Assembly (NCBI GenBank): GCA_026914245.1
Contig: CP110439.1
Coordinates: 1,736,001-1,800,000, forward strand
Length of the DNA stretch: 64,000 nt
Reading direction: 5' to 3'
DNA from: Puccinia triticina
Lineage: Eukaryota
Each line of letters opens with the position of its first letter. Position 1 is the stretch's first letter. Shown here one piece after another: positions 1 through 11,575 of this stretch. Under the pieces are notes generated by a model that saw only the letters and a program-made list of their open reading frames with translations, had not been told where the DNA came from and ran no database searches. The position numbers and the translations under genes are program-made.

Positions 1-1003
1 AGATGAGTTTACGGAAGACCATAAAGTAATCGATCGATGAGGACTGGTTGATCATCAGTTCGTCCAATTCCTTGATTTGGCGCAGTGAGCGTGCAAAGGA
101 TTGGAGTGAGTTTTGGACGAGTTGGAGTTGGGTGAGCTTGCAGAATGAGTGAGGTGGCTGAGCTTGAAAGAGGTGATGGATGTTAGAGAGTTGATGGGTG
201 AGTTCATGGTCGATCGACAGGTCCCTCTTGGCCTCTTCTTCGGCAAAGGTATACGAGAATTTTGAGCGATTCACCTGGCCGTGGGTTTGGTCGTGGTTCG
301 GATCGATCTCAATGTCGATCACGAACAGTTTCCCGGCGATCGTCAGCAGGTTCGAGTCATCTGAGTCTCGAATACATTCCAGGCCGATGTCACGAGCGAG
401 GGCTTCGATCAGTGGCACACTGGTTCGTGATCGTTGATCCGGCGGTAAGTTTTCGATGAGGAGTGAAGGGTCCAGATAGGTTGAACGTGGAAGTAGGCTG
501 TATTGTTGATCGAGTGATGACAATGATGATGAGAGGCTTATGGGATGGTGGCTGGATTGATTGAGTTGTTTGATAAATGATTGAGACTGGATGAGTGAGT
601 TGAGATGAAGGGATGATTGTCGGAGAAGAGCAAATAGTTTGACGATTGATTGATTCGTTGTTGCTGTTGTTGTTGGTGGTACTGTTGCTGTTGCTGCTTC
701 TGTATTTGTTTCTGTGGTTGTTGCTTCTGCAGTTGCTGCTGCTGCTGCTGTTGAGGCTTTTGGGATTGACTGGTCAAAATGTCTGAGTGATTGTTTGATG
801 AGTTCGAGGGATTGGATGAGCTCCCGTTTTGGCTGTTCTAGGTTGTCTACCGGTATTGAGAGTGGATGGAGGTGTAGACTGGGGTGATTCTGAGCAAGGA
901 TGTTTTGGAAGATTTGGTCGAATCTCTCGATGGCTTGATGGCTGAGGTTGATGAGGCTGTTCTTGAGGGCCTGGCTTTCTCCCTGGTTGGCCGTGTTCTC
1001 CAT
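1..1003 (-). CDS. MED1: Mediator subunit Med1-like protein (5' part; runs off window)
   Basis: Open frame from ATG 1003 to the window edge, absent from the ORF track because it has no stop: MENTANQGESQALKNSL...LIEALARDIGLECIRDSDDSNLLTIAGKLFVIDIEID. Resembles the fungal Med1 'gle.f.d....LtiAGk.fViDid' motif. Confidence 0.65.
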   Translation of the reverse strand, partial: MENTANQGESQALKNSLINLSHQAIERFDQIFQNILAQNHPSLHLHPLSIPVDNLEQPKRELIQSLELIKQSLRHFDQSIPKASTAAAAATAEATTTETNTEAATATVPPTTTATTNQSIVKLFALLRQSSLHLNSLIQSQSFIKQLNQSSHHPISLSSSLSSLDQQYSLLPRSTYLDPSLLIENLPPDQRSRTSVPLIEALARDIGLECIRDSDDSNLLTIAGKLFVIDIEIDPNHDQTHGQVNRSKFSYTFAEEEAKRDLSIDHELTHQLSNIHHLFQAQPPHSFCKLTQLQLVQNSLQSFARSLRQIKELDELMINQSSSIDYFMVFRKLI

Positions 1004-1283
1004 GTTTTCGAAGTCCAGCTGTTGATGATGCGGAGGGTTCTGGATATCACACCGAGTCAGTTTGATTATTTTTTTGGGGAGAGGAAGCGGATGAGATCAT
1101 GAGACCTTCGAGTGGGCAATCGAAGCCAGGGAGATGGGAAAGAGCATGAGAGGGGCCCAAGCAGATATCTAGACCCCCCTTGATCGGGAGCCCCAGTCGG
1201 ACGAGCACCGGAAGCCACCAGCCGCGAACCCCCCGCGGGTTTCATCGGCCCAAGTTCCAACCAACAACCAACCAATCGACAAG

Positions 1284-1942
1284 ATGAACATCCTACGCCA
1301 GCTCATCCTCAGGACTATCAGGCCAACCATCACATCATATCCAGCTCGCCCCTCCAAGACTATCAGGCCCCTCGGCTTCACGAGAACTCAGCAGCCTCAG
1401 CAGCAACGAACATTCTCCGCCAGTCCCTCGACCCAATGGAAATCGATCGGATCACCCAAAAAGAACCGCAAGACGAGAGCAAAACTGCGGACACATCAGG
1501 GGGCTTCGAAGAGGTTCTTTGTCACCGGCCGAGGCCAATTCAAACGAGTTGAGTCCAAATCCACTTCGACCAGAACTGACCGGCGGAGAAGAGAGAACTG
1601 ACTGATCGGCCAAACAAATCTCAGGTCCAAGCCGGAACACAGCATCTGATGACCGGGCTTAGTCAGAGTCGGAAACGGAAGCTCAAACCGATGGTCATCG
1701 TCAAGCGCTCCCAGACAAGTCTCCTCCGAAAGCTACTCCCATACGCCGGTAAACGGGCCGGGTTCAGGAAACTCGATCAGTCTGAAACGGTCTGGTGGCG
1801 CAGCGGGAAACTGCAGAAATCTGGCCTGGCACTCCAACAGGCCATCCAGCGCTCTCACGCCCTCAAGAGATCTCTACTCCCCAATCCACCATCATCATCA
1901 TCATCATCATCTCCTCCTTCGTCTTCCTCACCTGCCCCCTGA
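1284..1942 (+). CDS. bL35m: Mitochondrial ribosomal protein bL35m, 2 exons (intron ~1548-1624)
   Basis: Arg/Thr/Ser-rich presequence, then KLRTHQGASKRFFVTGRGQFKR|VQAGTQHLMTG, the L35 signature. Intron GTTGAG...CTCAG with a CTGAC branch point keeps the frame. Confidence 0.85.
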
Positions 1943-2155
1943 ATACAGCACCCTAACCCTCTTCTCTGTAACCCTGCACCCACCATTTTTTTTTTTGGAA
2001 ACTTTGACCACCAAGTATGGCCCTCCCTACACATGTGTCCTGTGCATTTTTGGGTGTCTACAGAAGTAGTTCAACCGAGAGATATTAAGTACAAGTTGGT
2101 AGGCACAATTGCGAAAACGTTTGACTCTTTTTCCCGCAAGATTTAGAACACACAC

Positions 2156-2301
2156 TGGAGGACTTCCTGTCAATCTGCAGTCCTCTGCAGAACCAGATCT
2201 GCAGCCAGAAAACTTAATTTTTGTGGAGAAATGCTGTTCCAGGGGCTGCAGATCTGGTTCTGCAGGGTCTGTAGATGTAGATCCTGATAGGAAGTCCTCC
2301 A
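2156..2301. repeat. Imperfect inverted repeat (MITE remnant)
   Basis: TGGAGGACTTCCT..CTGCAGAACCAGATCTGCAGCC (2156-2206) is mirrored by GGCTGCAGATCTGGTTCTGCAG..AGGAAGTCCTCCA (2244-2301). Related motifs occur near 46870-46950. Confidence 0.6.
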
Positions 2302-3237
2302 CTCAGGGGAGGCAACTTCCCTTTTGGGTACACATTAGTCTCAAGTCCTTATTATGCTCTGATGCAGCATGTAGCTGTCTACGTGCAGAATGCTCTAGGC
2401 AGCCCATGACTTCCCAAAAATGCCACCAAGTTGTGAAATGAGTCATGAGCACAGGACTTGAATACACGGGGAAAGTTGATTTCATCAACAATGGCAAGTT
2501 ACATACACTGCATAAATTAACTGTTCAGAAAACCTTTTCTATAGTTGTTGGACAATTGTGTCCAAGCAGATAGTTTATGCAGTGATATGTTATAACATCT
2601 GAAGGTATTTCTGTAACATAACAACCCACCATTACCAAATAATCATCTCTTATTGGTATTTGGTAAACACCCATCTCTAGTACCTGGCATGCCAAAGGAA
2701 CTTGAAAATCAAGCCTCTGAAAGAGGGGCTGGTGAGCAAAATCCTAGCTGTGGCTTTTCTTGGAATTTTTGGTCCATTTGAAACTCATATTTTTGTAACT
2801 CCCAAACCTTCAAGCCAATTGAAAACAGTGGGCTGCTACAGTTACATGTAGCTGTAGCATATCTTACAGTGTGAAGATAGAATTTATGATATAGCAAGCT
2901 CAATGTATTCAAATTGCAGAAACTAGATAACAATAAAATTGAGGGCTTAAGAATACCCTTGATAGCAGCCATTACAGGTTTTTTTTGCCAATACAGCCTT
3001 CAACACATTGTGACTCACTGAAAATTAGATATGGATCAAATTACAGTTGCGCAAGGCAATAAGCTGTGCTGGCCCGCCTGCAAAATTTACACTTTGAACG
3101 CGGGCCCTTACGTCATTGAGCTTGTGGGCTCAAACTCCAACCTGACCACACTTTTGTGCGTTTCAGAACAAGGGAAGTTCAGAATTATCTTGACTAAAGT
3201 TTCTGCTCATCCCTTTTTTTCCCAACCCAACCTTACA

Positions 3238-4090
3238 GTGTAGAGGAAGAGAGTTGTACCCTCACAAAAGTGTCTGCGCCACTCCTCCACAAGATTAACC
3301 CAGAGAAAGGGAGAACTCCGCTCCGCAGCTCCGCCAATGTTGTAGGGCTCTGAGCAGGGTAAATAAAGTAAAGCACATAAAATAATAAAACTCTGCTGCA
3401 TAAAGAAGATAACCCCGCCACAAAACTCCACAAAACGCAAGAAAACAGCCGTAAAGCAAGCATAAAAAACTCTGCAAAGCACAACCGTCACACATAAAGC
3501 AAGTCCGCAATGTAAAAATCCCCTCCGCAACGTACACAAAGTAAAAGAAGCATAGCAGTCCACAAAGTAAAGTAAAAACCGTAAAAAGGGAGTCTGTTGG
3601 GAGTATGATGCAGAATCCTCTCTCCCCCACCACAGTTTTATAGAGGAAAGGAAGAGAACTAAAAGATATCCTCCGCTCGCCTCCCATGCACACCATCCGC
3701 TAGCTCCATTCACACACGCACACTTGCCATCTGCCAAACGTTATACACACACACATCATCCGCCAAGCTCCGCTCCCACACTAACTTCTGTTGTCTCCGC
3801 CGCTTGCCTTTGACTGCCGTCAAACTCCTCTCCCTAGCTTCCACGCCCCTGTCTAGCCTATGATGTCAGTATCCCACACGCCGCCTCCGCCCCAGCTACA
3901 CCCGCTGACGTAGCCCGCTTTGGCTACCACAGCTTCCCCCAATCACCACCTCTGCTAGCCTGCTCAGTTTGAGTCCAGTTCCGCCGTTGAGCTCCGTGCT
4001 CCACTGCCTTCAGTTGTGTGATCCACTCCACTCTGTTCTGCGTTTTCTGCGCTCTGCACCGCCTGATTGCTCCGTGGACAATTTGACACA
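3238..4090 (-). mobile_element. Degenerate LTR-like remnant
   Basis: GCGGAG-rich with a T-rich core on the minus strand, like the LTRs at 34461 and 38095. No clean TSD; ends approximate. Confidence 0.35.
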
Positions 4091-4208
4091 TGTTCCAGAA
4101 TTGATCACCACAGCGGACCCACAGTCCAAGCTTGCGGGCAAGTACATAACCATGGACTCATATGCATAGTTATGGATTAAAGAAACCCATCCACATCAAC
4201 AGAAGCAC

Positions 4209-4376
4209 TCTGTTCCACATTGGCGGTGGTGCTCTGTTCCATATTGGTGGTGTTGCTCTGTTCCATATTGGCGGCAGTGGTCTGTTCCATATTGGCGGCA
4301 GTGGTCTGTTCCATATTGGCGGCAGTAGTCTGTTCCATATTGGTGGAGGCAGTCTGTCCCACATTGACAGTGGTAT
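4209..4376. repeat. 24-bp minisatellite, ~7 copies
   Basis: Tandem TCTGTTCCATATTGGCGGCAGTGG units. Confidence 0.9.
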
Positions 4377-6565
4377 GATGCGCAATGGTGCTGGCTTCAA
4401 GGGCCTGAATTCTTCTGCCATCAGTTATTTCAACTATTTCTATGTCATCATCATTGCTGTTGGAATAAATAGTTATTGGCTTTGAACAACACTTCACATT
4501 TTTGTTGAGCTGTTTTTGTTTCACCGTTTCTTCCTCTCTTTTTTCCCTGCGGCGCCTTCTTGTTTGACTCTTTGCAGCGTTTGAGACTGGAGTCATTTTT
4601 CCCGGATGATCTTAAGTGTGGATTGTGGTGGGGTCTGCCTGGGTCCTGGGAGACTCCAACTCATTTAAAGTATGGCCAGACAAGAGGAGGGGGATTTGTA
4701 ATTTCCAAATGGGTACAGCCAGGAGACCTGGATCTTGTGCTTGCAGAGGCAAAGCCGCCTTGGCCTCTCATGAATATTACAGATAAGAATTTGGCTCAAA
4801 GCTGGAATTTTTTGCAGGAGGGACCCAGTCAAGTAATGACATCTGCAATTGTATACCTGTATTTTTGGTGCCAAGTTCAACCAGCCCAATCCTTACCTGC
4901 ATGAATCAAAAATGGGAGTTGTGCACTTGTGGGGCTTACAGGCCAGGGGTATACCCTTCATCCCACAAGTATACCTATGAGCCCTTCCAAATGCTCCCAA
5001 GGTTAAGGCATCTTGCCTTACCTCCATGAACTGGCGTTAACTGGATCATTTCTGGCATTCCTTGCCATCAGTACACAAACAAGCTGTTTTGGCTTCAGTT
5101 GCCAGCGAAGCACCTCCACATGAAGGGGATCAGATGTACTGTTTTTCTTGGAGCTTTTTTATTTATTTTGTTCAGTAGCTCTGAAAGGTCTGAGCCACAC
5201 CTTGCTGTGACTCTGATATTTTCCTACATTTTGGTCTCCTCATAATTTTGTCTGGTACTTTCCATAGATATCAAGGGTGGAGCGCTGCGCTTTGCTGCAG
5301 AAAGCATATGATTTAGCAAAGCAAAGAGGGCCCACGCTGCACCCCCCGCCTAATTAGCGCAAGCGCAGCGAGACCACCACTGTGCTACCGCTGAAATTAG
5401 TGCGTCCCCACGTTCTCTCTAAGTGAAAAAGGCAAGCGTGTACAGCCTCTCCATCAAACGCATGAAGTGCAGGAGAGGCTTGTGTCTAAAATGTGCATAC
5501 TTGCGTGTCACACAGTTGGTGTTCTGAGGTCATTTTTTAAGAAAAATCATATGAAAAACAGCAACTTACTGCAAGAGTCTTGTGGAATATTCACTGGGAA
5601 GGATGGACTGGGGCTCAAATGAGGCTCTACTAGGGCCATATTTCTAGGGAGTTGAAAAATTGACTCCCAAGAATTAATACATTGACTCCCAAAAGTTGTT
5701 TACGTCGCGCGGACCGCCTTTGGACGTCCGTCCCCGGTCCGCAGGACCAAAGTTTGACCCGCGCGCATTTTGGGAGTCGGAAAATTAATTCTACTCTCCA
5801 GAATGGGAGTTGGAATTTTAATTTCACAAAAAATGACGGAAGATAAAGAAAAATTTATACCTCCACACTGGGGCACTTAAAGCCCCCCAAAGTTTTACAG
5901 CGGCCATAAAGCACTCTGAATAGCACCTGATGAGCTTCATGGCATTGGCAAACCCCAGGAAAGGGGTGTGCTACTGTGGGTCCAATTTGGCGGATTTCCT
6001 ACTAAGAAAATCCGCCAAAGCCTTAGCTACAGTGCCCCAAAGCCCCCCAAAATTTTACAGTGGGAATAAAAGCCTCTGAAAAGCACATGGTGAACTTCTT
6101 GGCAGTAGGAAGCCCCAGGAAATGGGTGTGCTACTGTGGGTCTCAGTTGGTGGATTTCCTACTAAGGAAGTCCGCCAAAGCCTTTGCCACAGTGCCCCAA
6201 AGTGCACCAAAGTTTCTGATCATGAAATAAAATACTCTATACCCAAATGGCTAGCTGCAAGGCAGTAACACACCAGCATAAAATAATTTTGAGGCAGCTG
6301 GGGCTTTTGGTCATATCTAATTGCCTCTGCAACAGATAATAGTTCCTCTGCCACAGTCAATAGTGCATCTGCCACAGTTAATAGTGCCTCCGTCACATTT
6401 AATATTGCCTCTTCCACAGTTAATAGGGCCTCCCCCACAGTTATGTGGCAGCAGCATTATTAACTGTGGCAGATGCACTATTGACTGTGCCGGACACACT
6501 ATTAACTTTGACAGAGGGACTAATAAATGTGGGGGAAGCACTATTAACTGATTTGGAGGCACTAT

Positions 6566-6985
6566 CAACGGTGGGTAGTTATTGCTACAGTAAAGCGTAA
6601 CATAACGATAACATAACATTTTTTGGCCGTTATTGTTATTGTTACCAGTAACGGCAGTGCAATATCAATATCACACCAAGAGTTTTTTTCTTTTGCAACG
6701 GCCGTTACTGTATCTGAGCGCGTAGCAAAAGACATAAGGCAAGATAACAAGCAATAAAAGGCCAAAATAGAGCCAATTTGGCCTTTTATTGCTCAATAAC
6801 ACGTTATCCGCTGCATAACGTGTTACTTTACTGGTAACAGCCTCAAAAAAAGAGGCCCGTTACGTTACGCGTGATGCCGCTGTTCGCGCGTTACTGTTAA
6901 CAATAACGGCACAAAAAGTAACGGTGGATAGTTACTTTACAAAAATCCTGCAGATATTGTAAAGTAAAGTAACTACCCACCGTTG
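6566..6985. mobile_element. MITE, 16-bp perfect TIR CAACGGTGGGTAGTTA, 7-bp TSD
   Basis: GCACTAT at 6559-6565 and 6986-6992. Confidence 0.9.
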
Positions 6986-7727
6986 GCACTATTAAATGTG
7001 GCGGAGGCACTATCAACTGTGGCGGAGGCACTATTATCTGTTGTAGAGGCAATTAGTAGCAGATATGACCAAAATCCCCAGATGCCTCAAAATTATTTTA
7101 TGCTGGTGTGTTACTGCCTTGCAGCTAGCCATTTGGGTATAGAGTATTTTATTTCATGATCAGAAACTTTGGTGCACTTTGGGGCACTGTGGCAAAGGCT
7201 TTGGCGGACTTCCTTAGTAGGAAATCTGCCAAATGAGACCCTCAGTAGCACACCCCTTTCCTGGGGCTTCCTACTGCCAAGAAGTTCACCATGTGCCTTT
7301 CAGAGGCTTTTATGCCCACTTTAAAATTTTGGGGGGCTTTGGGGCACTGTAGCTAAGGCTTTGGCAGATTTCCTTAGTAGGAAATCCGCCAAATTAGACC
7401 CACAGTAGCACACCCCTTTCCTGGGGTGTGCAAATTCCGTGAAGCTCATCAGGTGCTATTCAGAGTGCTTTATGGCAGCTGTAAAACTTTGGAGGGATTT
7501 AGGTGCCCCAGTGTGGAGGTATAAATTTTTCTTTATTTTCCATCATTTTTTGTGAAGTTAAAATTTCGACTCCCATTCTGGAGAGTAGAATTAATTTTCC
7601 AACTCCCAAAATGTGTGCGGGTCAAACTTTGGTATTGCGGACTGGGGACGGACATCCAGAGGCGGTCCGTGCAACGTAAACAACTTTTGGGAGTTGATTT
7701 ATTAATTTATGGGAGGCGATTTTGTAA

Positions 7728-9031
7728 GGGGCAGGCTAAGTGCACACCAAAGATTTACTTCATGCACACCAAAAATGGAGTGAACAGTGGTCTAAATGCA
7801 CATCAAAGATTTACTTCATGCACACCAAAAATGGAGTGAACAGTAGTTCACTCCAAAATTTTTGGAGTGGATGATTGTATACTCCAAAAATTGGAGTGCC
7901 CAACCATGCACTCCAAAACTTTTGGAGCGAACACAGGGGCACTCCTCCCATCATGAATGGCCGGTCTGGACTCTGCGCCGCCCACGGAGGGCAGCACATA
8001 TCCCTCTTGATGACCGGCACAGACCGGCCATTGAGAGGACACCCCCCTCTTGATGACCGGGACGGACCGGCCATTGAGCGAGAGGACGCAACCCCTCTCA
8101 ATGACCGGGACCGAACGGTCAAGGAGAGGAGAGGACACAGACCTCTCAATGACCAGGACCGACCGGTCATCAAGAGGGATATGTACTGCCCTCCGTGGGC
8201 GGTGCAGAGTCCAGAACGGACATTTATGATGGGAGGAGTGCTGGTTTTGGAGTGCCCTGGTGTTCACTCCAAAAGTTTTGGAGTGCCCTGGTGTCAACAG
8301 TGGGCCGCTACGCTACACTACGCTACAGGGCCACTTAGCGTTAGCGTAGCGGCAAAAAGCGCCCGCCCATTTTGAGTAGCGTTAGCGCGCTGTTAGCGCC
8401 GCTACGCTGCGCTACGTTTCAGCGGCGCTAACAGCGCGCCAATTGTTTGTTAGTGTTAGCGCGCCGCTACAGTCACTACGCTACGCTACGCTGCGCTACA
8501 GCGCTTTTAGCGGAAAAAGAGGCCTTTTTTCAGCTAAAAGCACTGTGGCGCACCGTAGCGCGCGCTCTTTTGCGCCCTGCGTGTGTAGCGTTAGCGCAAT
8601 TGCGCGCATCTGCGCTAACGATACGCTAACAGCTAAATTAGCTGCGCACCCTTTGCGCGTAGCGTTAGCGCAGAGAGGCGCAATTCCGCTAACGCTACGC
8701 TAAAATTTAGCGGAATTCCGCTACGCTACGCCACGCTAACGCTACGGTTAGCGTAGCTGGACCACCGTTGCTGGTGTTCACTCCAAAAGTTTTGGAGTGC
8801 CCTGGTGTTCACTCCAAAAGTTTTGGAGTGCCCTGGTGTTCACTCCAAAAGTTTTGGAGTGCATGGTTGGGCACTCCAATTTTTGGGGATTTTTGGAGTA
8901 TACAATCATCCACTCCAAAAAGTTTGGAGTGAACATACAATCATCCACTCCAAAAAGTTTGGAGTGAACTACTGTTCACTCCATTTTTGGTGTGCATGAA
9001 GTAAATCTTTGGTGTGCATTTAGCCTGCCCC
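7728..9031. mobile_element. Long-TIR DNA element with GGGGCAGGCTA termini, inserted in the foldback right arm
   Basis: ~300-bp inverted arms with CACTCCAAAA repeats. Degenerate 8-bp TSD TTTTGTAA/TTTTTCAA. Confidence 0.8.
8295..8770. mobile_element. MITE, CAAC(A/G)GTGG termini, 7-bp TSD, CGCTA-rich
   Basis: CTGGTGT at 8288-8294 and 8771-8777. Confidence 0.85.
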
Positions 9032-9582
9032 TTTTTCAACTCCCTATTTCTATGTCCAATGGGTCTTTGATTTCACTAGCGCTGGTGGAGAAAACAATGG
9101 TCAGAAGATCTCTCAGTACATGCAAGTCTTTTTATGAGTAGTGAAAAAGGGATACTTACCTAGCGCTGGTAGAGCAAAAAATGGTTGGAAGATCTCTACC
9201 GGGCTAGGAGGTAGAAGGAGAGCGGGTTAAGTATCTGTTGTGCTTTGTAAGATTGTCACAGGTCTTGTGAAACTCCACAGAAGACAGGGGCTTCACACTT
9301 AATTTCACAAAAAATAACTTGGGCACGGTGTGCCCTGGATGTGTATCTTCATTATCATCCAGGAAAATTTCCAAATTTCCAACAATTGTATGAGTAGGAA
9401 ATTTTACAAGCCAATTTCAGTGCAGCTTCATTTACATTTTTTATTTTTAAACATGGCCATTTCCTATGTAATCAATAGTGTTTGGGACTACCATCTCATG
9501 GCAGTACATGGAAAAAGATGGAGTTAATTTTATTGGGGAGAAATACTGATTTCAAAAAAAAAAACATGACCTGTGTTCTACC

Positions 9583-9894
9583 CAAGGGTGCAACAACTAC
9601 CACATTTAGTGTAGTTTTCAGCTAAATTAGTCTAGTTTGTGCCACTAAGCTATTTTTTAGTTGGAGTGCCTGCTGTACTACAGCTACATCCAAACAAATT
9701 GTATTTCCAGTTTTAGTGGCCCCAATCAGCTGTAGTGAACCACTAATCAGCTGTAGTTTAGCTTATTTTAGTTTTAGTGTGATTTAGTGGCTCCCTACTA
9801 CAGCTACAGCCAATAGCCCCAAATTTTAGAGGGCATCAGCTACAATTTAGTTTTAGGGGAGCTAACGTGGTTTAGTGTAGTTGTTGCGCCCTTG
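9583..9894. mobile_element. MITE, TIR CAAGGG(T/C)GCAACAACTAC, 7-bp TSD
   Basis: TTCTACC 9576-9582 versus TTCTATC 9895-9901; 18-bp TIR with one mismatch. Confidence 0.85.
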
Positions 9895-10338
9895 TTCTAT
9901 CTTGAGAGCTAATATTTTTGGATTTTTGCAATCTTGTAAAAAATCCTGCTGGCCCAATTTTCAAGGGTTTCCCTTGAAAATTGGATGAAGACATCCGCAA
10001 ATTCCTCCTCTACCTCCTACCCTATTTCTTAACTCCAGAGCGATGGATGTGAAGGAGGTGCAGCCAACCAAAAGTTGGATACACCAAAACAAATCAACCG
10101 TGACACGGTTGTAAGTCAGTATTAGACTCAAGTCCCTCCTTTCGAGGGGGGAGCAACCAGTGCTGCCGACCCCCCTGCAGAAGTAGGGACTTCCACAAGT
10201 TCGCCAAAAAGCGGTAGCGCAGCGGGCGGGGCCACTACTTTCAGGGCAGCAAAGTGGCCGCCAAACCCGCTGCGCTGCGCTTATTGCAGCGCAGCACTCT
10301 CAACCTTGTAGATATTTAACTATATTCCATTAGGTTTT

Positions 10339-11575
10339 TTACATCTGGACAATGGAAGAGTGTTCCATGTGGTGGTCAAGCAACACCTTGTTGACTAGCT
10401 GAAGTTCATGATCAAATAAGAAAAAGTGCTGGTGGTCTGAACTCAATGATTCCATGAGTCGAGTGGCCTGCATTCGATAATTTCCCCTCAGCAAATGAAA
10501 GAGTGCAGCAATTGAGGCTACTCTTGTTTGAGCAGATAGGTTTTTCGGTGGTGGAGGCGAAAAGATGTTGTTAAAGATATCATCCAGATTCCTGACAATA
10601 TAATCGTTGTCGTTATTGTGCATTGCCATTGCTAGATCTTTCAACCTTGGTTCAGAGAACAGCAACTCTTCCATTCCCCATATGCCTGAGAAATAAACAG
10701 AGTGGTGTAGATTGTGAAAAATGGTTAGATATGGAATTTATCCTTCGTTTTTCAGATGTGTACTACGGATGACTAACGAAAATCGTAATCGAGGCCCCAA
10801 TTGGCGTGGAGGAGCTCTGAAAGTGGGTTTTTGCATTGATAAAGGAGTTAGTAAATGTGATACAGAAGAAAACTGAGTAGATTTGCGAGATCATACCCCT
10901 GACCCATATGGGTATTGCACATTTTTCTTTCCTCAAAAATTTCATCATGCGCTTCGTGATCTGTTCGATTTCCCGCGTGAGTTCCTCATCCTCATAATTT
11001 TTCAGACGGAGAGTGTGAAAGGCATAGAGGATTGCAACAGGAACGGTAATGTATCCGCGATGGTTCTGCATTGTTTTGGTGAGTACTTGGCACCATTCCT
11101 TCAGATCATTCCGAGACATGGATTCGTGGCGCAGAATATGATCGATTACTTGATTCACAAGGATACGTAGCTGTCTGTCACGATTCTCAAGCTGGCGATC
11201 TCGCAGAGTGTGTAATCGGCCCTCGAAATAGCAAATTGCTGCTTCATGCAGGTTCCTATAACGAGCTTGAAGTTGGACTTGAGGAACAGAAGTCAGACAA
11301 GGTTAGGATTGAGGGGGGCACATGAGAGTCCATCAAGCAGGCGGTAGACAAGAAGGGTCAAGACTCAGGCTCCTGGAGCGAGGTGAGAACATACTATAGC
11401 CAGCAAATGATGATATGGGGTTCTCGTCTCGAAATTTCTCCACATCCGCCAAGAAGTTGCCCTCAATTTGACCAGGAAGCCAAAGGAGTGCCATGGAGTC
11501 ATCGATGGTAGCGTACGGGTTACTAATGAGCTGGCTTATCAAGACAAAGACGGCCAAAAAATAAGGGAGCCACAT
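10339..11575 (-). CDS. Multi-exon candidate secreted protein of unknown function
   Basis: Hydrophobic N-terminus MWLPYFLAVFVLISQLIS. A GTATGT...CAAG intron joins it in frame to the 10763-11158 ORF; a further ORF lies at 10339-10674. The 3' end is uncertain because it abuts a transposon. Confidence 0.6.

Larger units (their letters stand above)
5647..9044. mobile_element. Foldback DNA element, GGGAGTTGAAAAA termini, ~750-bp inverted arms, 8-bp TSD
   Basis: TATTTCTA at 5639-5646 and 9045-9052. 5647-~6430 mirrors ~6990-7720 plus 9032-9044. Internal 160-bp and 21-bp tandem repeats. Confidence 0.85.
5272..10308. mobile_element. Non-autonomous DNA transposon with CAAGG termini and 7-bp TSD; outer shell of a nest
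   Basis: Left end CAAGGGTGGAGCGCTGCGC; right end reverse-complements to CAAGGTTGAGAGTGCTGCGC. TAGATAT is duplicated at 5265-5271 and 10309-10315. Confidence 0.75.

Noticed and set aside
538..777. Poly-Gln ORF
   Set aside because: Out-of-frame shadow; the continuous Med1-like frame reads the repeat as Ala/Thr.
4162..4596. Repeat proteins (LFHIGG / NMEQTTAA) or a CRISPR-like array
   Set aside because: A 24-bp minisatellite without unique spacers, open in several frames, in a eukaryotic TE context.
6220..6619. Heptad-repeat ORFs
   Set aside because: Produced by 21-bp tandem repeats inside the foldback element.
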